Positions 47,311 to 56,645 of a stretch of 56,645 bases of DNA are shown one piece after another. Origin of the DNA: Ginglymostoma cirratum (Eukaryota); the NCBI GenBank assembly GCA_024137785.1, contig JAHRHZ010000002.1, positions 9,724,049 through 9,780,693 of the forward strand, in the 5' to 3' direction. The notes beneath the pieces are model-generated. The model was not told where the DNA came from, made no database searches, and saw nothing but the letters and a program-made list of their open reading frames with translations. The position numbers and the translations under genes are program-made. Positions within the stretch are counted from its first letter, which is position 1. Each line of letters opens with the position of its first letter.

Positions 47311-48297
47311 AGTGCTCAGTCCCATGACAACATTCAGTCAGTTTGCTCATCCAAGAACATGTTCCCATGATCCATCTCCATGTTGCATGATTCGTTTTGC
47401 AGTGTCAATGGGTAATGATGCTTTTAGTTATGGTCTTCGTAAGAAATACATGTTCAATGCATAATTGGTAGAATCCTTTGCATTATCAACCTGGAACTTA
47501 ACTGGTACCCCAAATCTTGTTCCTATTCACTTAGCATGACTTTGCCTTTAATCTTTCTTGATTATCAGCCAAAGTTGCAGGAAATCAAATCAGTTTGCCA
47601 TGACAAAAAAGGAAATAACTTAGACGTTCTCATGTTAACTACTTTGGTAACATCAAGAGCTAACAGAATACTACAACAAGATGTAGCAAAGCCCATCCAA
47701 AACTCTTTATTCTAAATTTCACAATTCTCACTCATTTCAATCCTTAGCCTCATATACCCTTCGCCAAACAGGCTTCCATTATTTTAGAGGACGTTTTGCT
47801 TACCTTTGAAAAGTAGAATGAGAAAGTCAAATACAAAATTTTAAAGATGATTTTATTCTCTCTGATTCACATTCCAGTTCCTTCGTCTCATACATTGATT
47901 TTTTAAAGAGAAGCAAAAATCACCTGGCTGTGCTAACTGTCCATGCATTGATTAAAAAAAACAAATTAAATAACTTCATCGTGTTACATATCTAGATTCA
48001 TCTGTTTCTTTTTTAAGCAAAGTGTTACGCATGCAGTAAATGCATATGATTATGGAGGACATCCGGACAGATAAAGGTAGCTACTGCAAACAGACTTCAT
48101 GCAATTTGACCACAATGCAACCCGATAGCGGAAAACACCTGGTTATTCTATACTTACAAACATTGCAGTGATCTTCATGATTTAGAGGTTGAGTTCAACT
48201 CATTTGTTTTAAATGCCCTTGAGGTGGAACAGAAAACAGCATAGCGCTGTTGAACAAATATGCGGCTCACACTTTTAACAAAGGACAAAAACACCTA

Positions 48298-48515
48298 AAC
48301 AAGAACAGAAGTTGCTGGAAAAGCTCAGCAGATCTGGCAGCATCTGTGAAGAGAAATCAATGTTAACGTTTCGGGTCCGGTGACCCGGAACTGAAGCGTT
48401 ATTTTTGATTTCTCTCCACAGATGCTGCCAGACCTGCTGAGCTTTTCCAGCAATTTCTGTCTTTTTGTTTACAGCATCCGCTGACTTACAGCATCCGCAG
48501 TTCATTCAGTTTTGA
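48298..48515. mobile_element. Palindromic hammerhead-bearing element (subfamily B)
   Basis: acagaagttgctggaaaagctcagcag...aacgtttcgggtccggtgaccc...ctgctgagcttttccagcaa. Confidence 0.85.
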
Positions 48516-48769
48516 CTAAAACTCCGAGTAGGCAGTACAGTTTCTTCATCACTATGTTTATCTTCCATCACAGAGTTTTAATGTATCATCTTTTAAACTT
48601 CGGGGTCGATGCATGATTATGTTTTCATTTGGTACTTCAATTACATATGAATATTCCTTGGACATTTTTGAAACTCATTTCCAATTTTGGTTTCTCCTCT
48701 AAATATCTGATCTGCTGAACGTACTTCTATCATCGTTCTCCCTACATGTGACTTCTACATAATTCTATC

Positions 48770-48830
48770 AGAGATAAAAGGTACTGCAGATGCTGGAGAA
48801 TCCGAGATAACAAGCATGGGGCTGGATGAA
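48770..48830 (-). mobile_element. Truncated subfamily A element
   Basis: Perfect 15-bp TSD ctacataattctatc at 48755-48769 and 48831-48845. Confidence 0.85.
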
Positions 48831-49456
48831 CTACATAATTCTATCCTTGATATCCAATGTCAAGCAATTTTTGAGCCCAGCAATCTTGCTATTCTTTATT
48901 CTAATGCGACTGAAAATGTGAACAGGAGGCCCTGATGACTCTATATCAGTGGCCCTAGGGAGAGGATGTTTGTATCACTGTGCACACAGGACAGCAGACT
49001 GGACTTTGTGTTGGCTGCATTATTGATGTCCAGGTTGGGGCGGAGTGCAGTAGCGGAGTGATGTGGAAGCAGACAGTGTCCATGATATGAGTATATATAA
49101 GAAGCTAAAAAGACCAATTTATCAATATTGATGGCTCTGATGGAGAACAGATATAGCACATTGAGATCTACACTTATCCTGACTGAGAATAGATGGACTA
49201 TACTCTGTCCGCATCACTAGGCCTGACTGAGAACAGACGAAGCACACTGTGTCTGTGTCATTGCCTCTGGGGCAGAGCAGGCTACTATGTTGCTTCAGCA
49301 TCACAGAGGTGGGAAAGTGCACCCAATATCTGCATTATTGAGATTCCAACGTGCTATGGGGAGACAGAGAGTTTCCTGAGAAGAATGGCAGCATTTCTTG
49401 TATACAATGGTTAAGATATTAAATTAGAATTGATTTGAGTTCTTCAATGCCTCTCA

Positions 49457-52400
49457 TCATAAAATGTATCTTGCAATTTGAGAAAAGGGATATTTGACCA
49501 CACTCTTCAACTGCTCTCTGAATTTAGTTTGGATTATGGCATAAATGCATGTATTTGTGCAGCAACTCAGGAGCTGCAGCATGATTCCCAATCTGCTAAC
49601 AAAATGAGGTGCAATTGCAGGCACATAATGTGAATACCATAAATGAGCCCAAACTGAATATACAATATGTATTGCCCACAAAAATATGAAATTTCCCGAA
49701 ATCACAAATAATAAAATAATAGATTTCATTCGGTTCTCTATCTCTGTGTCTCTGAAGCTCACTGTATTGCTGTGAGCCTGGCGTCTACTGCGTGCTTTAG
49801 TGGATACCAAAATATGTCTGACAGTAAAACCATTGAGCAGAAGAATCAGAACAAATGGGAGACATGGAGTTACAATGTTTTGAAGCAACTCGATTATTAT
49901 CCGCTGCCATACATCAAAAACATCAAATGTTGTTTCACAAAACCAAGGTAAGTTCACAAGTAAATACCGGCCTGTGAATAAAAAATACCACACAGTGTTT
50001 TTTAAAAAGCTCAACACAGTCACAGTTCCAAGAACCACAGCCACAGTTTTCTCAGCACAATACTTAGTTTTCAGTCTCTGGTAGCAAATTGCCACAAATC
50101 GATCAAACGTGAAAGTGACAGTGAACCAAACAGAACAGTCTGTTGCTGCATAAACAAAACATGCGTGGATATTGCACACAGGGAAGGATTGTATAAAATA
50201 AAAGCGTTTCCAATAAACAATAGGAATCTGCCTTAAAATCAGTTCAGTGGTAAGCACTATTAGATCTGCTGCTGCCATGGCCACCTGATAATGAGTTACA
50301 CCTTTGGAGAGGCCACACTTTCCCCTTGATAAGATCCCAATCGTCACTGCGTTAACTGTAAGGAATAGGAATAAACAGCTTTATTAATCATCTGCTAGTT
50401 GCAATGCTATAAGTATAACTGATTAATTACTCCATCCATGGATCTATATTAATATGTCAGTGATATTGTTAACTGCTGTAGACAGGGACTGAATTAAGTA
50501 AATTCTCAATTATCTGGAAGTGTTTATTTATAAAGCAAAAATAAAATGACCAAAAGCATTTTATAGACTCAATAAAATGATTGCAGTTCTGACCATTTTT
50601 TCCCTGTATTTGCAAAATAAAGAACATCATTTTCATATATAATATAGTGCAGAAGAGGTAAACTGCAAATTTGATGACGTAACATTAAGCTCAATGTAGC
50701 AAGCTTACAGTGGAAATTAAAATTCATAAAATTCATAGAAACATAAAATTTCATAAAGAGAAACTGTTCCCCTTGAAGTAAGATGGAAGAAGATTGGGGG
50801 AGTAGCAGAAAGCATAGGGGATTGTCAAAGAATACAGGAGAATATAGATAGACTGGAGAGTTGGGTGGAGAAGTGGCAGATGGAGTTCAATCCAGGCAAG
50901 TGTGAGGTGATGCATTTTGAGAGGTCTAATTCTAGAGCAAACTATACTGTAAACGGAAGAGCCTTGGGAAAAGTTGATGAGCAGCGAGATCTGGGAGTTC
51001 AGGTCCATTGTACGCTGAAGGTGGCTGCACAGGTGGATAGAGTGGTCAAGAAGGCATATGGTATGCTTGCCTTCATCGGACGGGGTATTGAGTATAAGAG
51101 CTGGCAGGTCATGTTAAAATTGTACAAGACTTTGGTTCGGCCGCATTTAGAATACTGTGTACAGTTCTGATCGCCACATTACCAAAAGGATGTGGAAGCT
51201 TTGGAAAGGGTACAGAGAAGGTTTACGAGGATGTTGCCTGGTATGGAAGGTGCTAGCTATGAAGAGAGGTTGAGTAGGTTAGGATTGTTTTCATTAGAAA
51301 AAAGGAGATTGAGGGGGGACCTGATTGAGGTCTTCAAAATCATGAAGGGTATAGACAGGGTTGATAGAGATAAGCTTTTTCCCAGGGTGAGGGATTCAAT
51401 AACAAGGGGTCACGCGTTCAAGGTGAGAGGAGAAAAGTTTAAGGGGGATACATGCGGAAAGTACTTTACACAGAGGGTGGTAGGTGCCTGGAACGCGTTG
51501 CCAGCAGAGGTAGTAGAGGCAGGCACGGTAGATTCATTTAAGGTACGTCTGGACAGATGCATGAGTAGGTGGGGAGCAGAGGGATACAGATCCTTAGGAA
51601 TTGGGCGATAGGTTTAGACAGTGGATTTGGATCGGCACAGGCTTGGAGGGCCGAAGGGCCTGTTCCTGGGCTGTAAGTTTTCTTTGTTCTTTGTTCTTTG
51701 TTCTTTGAAGAAAATGCACAACTTTCTTGTAGTTAGAAAAGAAACATTATTGAAAAAAGCAAAATCTTTTTCATACATCAAATGTTAAATTCTAGATGCA
51801 CCATCTATGTGGTGGAGGCAGGATCAGTGCGAACAGGATTAAGGATAAATCAGACTGTTATCCAAAATGGATGAATATTCTGTGATGCAGACAGTAAAGG
51901 TAATGATACCAATTTTACTAAATTAACTGATCATACCATTATGTAAATAATGTCACTGATGTTTTCACAATGACACTGAGAGATCTAAAGTTCTTCTTGC
52001 TGTCAATAAGCAGCTATTGGGTATGTATCTGAAGGACTGCACACTATAAAATACCTAACAATTACCTACTACTACAAAATAGCATCGTGTAGAAATTTTT
52101 ACAATAAGGAGGAAAACTGAACAGAAAGTTAGTGCTTCCATGATCTTAAAGATTCCCTTACCTGTAAAAAAGGTTGGCATTCTATTACATCAAATCATTG
52201 ATTGGAAAGGAGTACACGGAAAGTCTAAAGAAAATACTTTTCAAGGTAATGCACTACTGTTATGATACCACACTATAGACAATATGAAAAATTGCTGTGA
52301 TAACAAGATGCTATTAAATGACCTGACTTCAGAAACATTACAGTACGCCTCTAGACACACCCTGCACATGCGTGTCTTGAACAGAGCATCAAGTATCTGT

Positions 52401-52687
52401 TTCTTTATCAAGCAGAATAATGTTCAAACTTCAGATGGACATATTAACTTGTGAAATGTTGAAAGTGATGATATGCAATTCATTCTGCTCAAAATATCAA
52501 AGCAAGTTCCTCCTGAGAATTAATAGCTAGATCTACTGTTGTAACCTTGCAAGAACAACAACAGAATGGAATATATTATTCAGGAATTCATGTCTGCTTC
52601 CAGGAACTTACCAGCAATACCAATTGTATCAAGGAGAGGATAGGAAATCCTCTCTACTTCAAAAATGAAGAAAAGTATCTCATCCAT
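49457..52687 (-). CDS. GPR139/GPR142-like orphan class A GPCR, intact; complement(join(49457..50355,52612..52687)), 324 aa
   Basis: Exon 1 MDEILFFIFEVERISYPLLDTIGIA with G|GTAAG; acceptor tattccttacag; exon 2 VNAVTIGILSRGKCGLS...SVWFTVTFTFDRFVAIC...PCLPFVLILLLN...CCTNTCIY...KFREQLK; seven hydrophobic segments, no stops. Confidence 0.9.
50780..51707 (+). mobile_element. Young 5'-truncated CR1/HER1 LINE in the GPCR intron
   Basis: ORF2 C-terminus (WQMEFNPGKC...RPHLEYCVQF*SPH...LRGDLIEVFK) is open except for one TGG>TGA at 51168-51170; intact 3' UTR and (GTTCTTT)n tail. Confidence 0.95.
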
Positions 52688-52989
52688 CACCCCATAACTC
52701 CTTTTTCATCCTTGCACTCTCTCTGAAGCTATTAGTCATTATTAACGCTGGTGACATTGAAACATGTTTTATAAATAGAAGTGGAAATCCCTTTGGTGAT
52801 TGTGATAGAATCCTTGGAGGTTGGCGTTAATTTGCGTTAATGTTGCAAAACAACTATAGACAACTCAATCAAAACAATGACAATGGATTTAAGATGATGT
52901 GCGTTTAATTTATTTGAACACAAAAAAATCTGGAAACTAAAACTTTCAATTGGAAGAGTAAGGACAGTATGAAGGGAGCATAGAGAGGG

Positions 52990-53460
52990 GTTTGGTGGAA
53001 GGACTGACCACAATGTTCATTTTTGTCTATTCACAGAATAACTCCAGGGCCATGGGATACCTGCAACTACATTCCAGTTTCCATGGCTGGGTTACCACCC
53101 TGAGAAATCCTTCCAGAGGCTGACACTGTCAAGACCACCACCAGAAATCAAATTCAGCTAAGATCAAATGGTGGGTTATACAGCGAGAATGTTGACTACA
53201 GAGGATGATGCAATTGAAAGATGCATTCCATTGGCAGTTATGAACACTAGCACTGTATTGGGGCAAAAGGAGGGGTACAAACCCTTGAATAAGTTTATAA
53301 TATCTTCCAGACAAGCCCTATTGAGGTGGAATTGCTCCATAATCTGTCCAAATTCCATATCTCCGTCCTTTGTATCCATAACGCTGCTGTGGCACAGCTC
53401 AGTAGAATGGAAAAGAGACCCCGTTTGAGCCCATGTGTTTCTGTAAGCAAGCATTCTCCA
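52990..53460 (-). mobile_element. Possible decayed PIF/Harbinger (HARBI1-like) transposase fragment
   Basis: EQFHLNRACLEDIINLFKGL...SIASSSVVNILAV, then VAGIP..VI..ID across frameshifts, loosely resembling the HARBI1 N-terminal helices and the AGIP...D motif. Confidence 0.3.
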
Positions 53461-54958
53461 TCTGCTAATCCAGCAATCGCATCAATTGGGATGGGGAGGT
53501 GGTATTATCTGGACATTATATCCTTGTGGAATGCCCTACCAGCAAATAATTACGCATTAAATGTTGCAAAGTAGCTACGGGGCACTCTATCTGGTGAACC
53601 ACTTCTCACCATCGCCCAGACACAGCAGGATGTCAGAACACTAACAAAGGTTCCATATTCTAAAATTAACTCCCTATGTCACCCACCCAACCCCTCACAG
53701 GACCAGGTAGATTCCAGAAACAGAATGAGTCTGTATTAGGGAGTTTCCTTCATTATCCAGCACAAACCATCTCCAAACGCCCTGCCCAATGCGCATCTCA
53801 CCAACAACACTACACCCCTTCCCACACAAGCACTCACACATGTACACAGCAACATTTGTCTACCCCAAACTCACTCTTCCAACTGTGCATTTGTATTGTT
53901 GACTTTGGAGCGTCACTGACGGATCAGGAAATGTGTTCCAGCCAAGAAATCTGAGCTTCAGTTGATTGACATCCCAGTAATGTCAAATGTTTCTTATTTG
54001 AATGTGAAAGTCTTCATAGCTGCAATAGGCACTCTCATAAGAAGGAGACAACTCTCTGCTGAGTTTCGTTGAGGGTCGCCGTCATTGTGAGCCCAGGATG
54101 GGAACTGAGCCTACAATCCTGACAGATCATCCAGCCAAACAGCTAACTGAGCTAACCGACACTTAACTGCCTAGTTGGCTGATCCAAAAAGGTTGCCTGG
54201 TTTGTTTTCTAAACCTATCACTAAGAAACGTTGAAAGTAACTGATTCACTTTGGGATCTTGTTTAGAACGGTTGTCACTTGTGGAGATGCTGGTGATCTG
54301 GCCTGTAGTCTCGAGATCCAGCTGGAGACCGTGCTGCCTCATTTTAAAGAATATCATATCAAAACGTACAGTCAATCAAATAGGTGAGAGGCAGTTGGTG
54401 GAATCTTTTCAGGAAGGCGGGCCTCGGGGCAGTGGACATGCCTGCCAACAGGCATCCAACGAATATATTCGTATTGATTTCCACTCAGCAACCTCACGGG
54501 GAGCAAGTCACTGCTGCGTGGAATTCAACCATCGGAGTCCCAGATCCTTGTTCGATTCATTGATATTTCTAAGCAATAACTGCAGACATTTCATGATGTT
54601 AAAGCTGTGGATAAAGAATGTGGGCAGTCGAGGAAGATTTATCAACAGGAGAAGGGAGGTGTCTTCTTATTTTTATTCTTCTCCCCACCCCCGACAGAAA
54701 GTCACTGACTAAAAACCACGCCGGGTTCAATTTTTACATTCCCCATGTAGCTATCCAAGTACAGATGACTGAGTGTTCAACCACCTACCACCCACCCAAT
54801 AAAAACCTCATGCACCACCCCCCCCCTCCAACCCCGCCGTTTCTGAACACAACATGGAATGAGGTAGATATATCTAACCAATGCCAATTTCTGGGAATTT
54901 ACGTCCCTGCACGGTCTGGATTCTGATTCCAACAAAAGGTGTATTCTATTCATTAGTT

Positions 54959-55114
54959 GGATGAACACAGCAGGTCAAGCAGCATCATAGGAGCAGGAAA
55001 GCTTGACGTTTCGGGCCTAGACCCTTCATCAGAAATGTTGCTTGACCTGCTGTGTTCATCCAGCCCCATGCTTGTTATCTCGGATTCTCCAGCAGCTGCA
55101 GTACCTTTTATCTC
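54959..55114. mobile_element. Palindromic subfamily A element with an intact hammerhead core
   Basis: Perfect 15-bp TSD ttctattcattagtt (54944-54958 and 55115-55129); on - ttt-CTGATGA-a-gggt-ctag-gccc-GAAACGTC-aag. Confidence 0.9.
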
Positions 55115-56529
55115 TTCTATTCATTAGTTCTCGGTTTTGTATCCCTGATCCACTGATGGTGCGTTAACTGCCGAGTATTTGCAGCTCTTTCTATTTCTTT
55201 TGTCTGGGACAGTCAACATCTACAGTAATTTCCGTTTCCTGTGATTTCTGAGCCGGAGTGTTTGAGCCAGTAGCGTCACGGATCCGAAGAAAACAGTTCG
55301 TTCCACTCTTTTGTTTCGAACCACAAATAGATGAGACATGTTGATTTCTCAGGTAATGTATTTTACTTGCACCAAATATGAAACAAAGTAGACGTTGATC
55401 GAATAACAATTATGTTTGAACTACAAGCCAACATCATCGAAACGTTTGTATTATCTACATTTATGTTCACATCTGCATCATAAACCTGCGTTTGTTGATA
55501 TATTTTTAATACATTTTGCATTTTGTTGCTTTTGCTCTCTCCACTGTGAGGCTGTCTTACACTTTAGGTTGGGTAGAGCTGTGTTTTGCTATTCTGAATA
55601 TTATTTTATAGTAAGCAACTGCTGTATTCTATGATTCGGGATTAATTCAAATTTTGGAGGGGAAATATCTCTGCTATCGACTTTATCAATCAACTAAACA
55701 CATAGAGACCAAAAACAAGCTTGATAGCTGGTACAACACAATAAAATATCAGGAACATTCACTAGCATTTTGTCACAGTATCCAAGTTTCATTACATATC
55801 TTCAGGCTCGTTATGACAATCAGAGCACTTCCAATATTCCATGGATTCGAACTGCACTTATTTTACATAAATATGGTGGATTATTATCGATAAAGGAATG
55901 CTTAATTTGATGGTTTTATGTTTTTATTCAAGTGAGGATTATTTTAATGCTAATAAAGATGAGTAATTCATTTGAGGAGCCAATCAGATGCATTGACATC
56001 AGGCTAATCCCACATGATTGTGAATAATTAGTAGAGCTCCTCTTTTAATTTCCAAAGACTCTTTCTGAAATAAGGAATTAGCTATTATCAAAATACCGAA
56101 AAGACATCTGTTATAACATTCAAAGAGTGTACACATGATGAGAACGTCATGTCATTTTAATGATTTGAAGATATTGGATAGGTTATGTTGCACTTTAGGG
56201 AGGCAGTGATATCTTGTTAATGTGCACATTATCGTCAAATGAAAAAATCCTCATAGAACAACTTTATGCTGTATTTGATGATGCTTAAATATTGGGTAAG
56301 TTTACCTTTGCATTCCTTCACAAATGTACTCTAATAAGCAGCATCAATTTGATCAATATGATGCATATAAATTAGTTGGTATGTTTAAAATGTCATTCTG
56401 ATATTACATATTAGTGTCAACTTGATACATAATCTGGCACAATTAAAAAAAAATCCCTCTGTACATTTTGAATATAAATTAAGGAAAATCAAGTTAACGA
56501 TATTTATGAAGCGTGCTCAAGATTATACT

Positions 56530-56645
56530 GGAGATAATAGGGACTGCAGATGCTGGAGAATCCGAGATAACAAGGTGTGGAGCTGGATGAACACAGCAGG
56601 CCAAGCAGCATCTGATGAAGGGTCTAGGCCCGAAATGTCAAGCTT
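56530..56645. mobile_element. Palindromic subfamily A element, cut by the window end
   Basis: Left arm, then CTGATGA-agggtctaggccc-GAAATGTC on + at 56612-56639. Confidence 0.85.

Noticed and set aside
54163-54926. ORFs of 70-153 aa upstream of the intact GPCR
   Set aside because: No recognisable domain, splice structure or paralogy.

Overview
Vertebrate, non-prokaryotic genomic DNA, inferred to be from a shark (probably a carpet shark) because it carries HE1-type V-SINEs, Deu-domain SINEs and CR1/HER1 LINEs. The window holds: (1) one complete, intact 7-coding-exon MHC class I heavy-chain gene on + (131-16360, 344 aa) with non-classical substitutions Y59F and K146W and a Trp-rich alpha2 domain; (2) on -, a birth-and-death cluster of two-exon GPR139/142-like orphan GPCRs (one intact 324-aa gene, one nonsense pseudogene, one orphan first exon) plus a decayed CHRM2/CHRM4-type muscarinic receptor pseudogene; (3) dense mobile DNA: about 12 HE1 SINE copies, other SINEs, many CR1 fragments, four solo LTRs and Harbinger remnants. 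The most striking unexplained structure is a set of about 20 short, often palindromic insertions. Many have 7-16 bp target-site duplications, and their cores read as minimal type-I hammerhead ribozymes (CUGANGA-stem II-GAAAC-GUH) with compensatory stem changes between subfamilies. I infer these are non-autonomous Penelope-like, ribozyme-bearing retroelements. Both 400-N assembly gaps abut such elements, and one gap looks artefactual. All family assignments come from motif recognition by eye; no database search was run.
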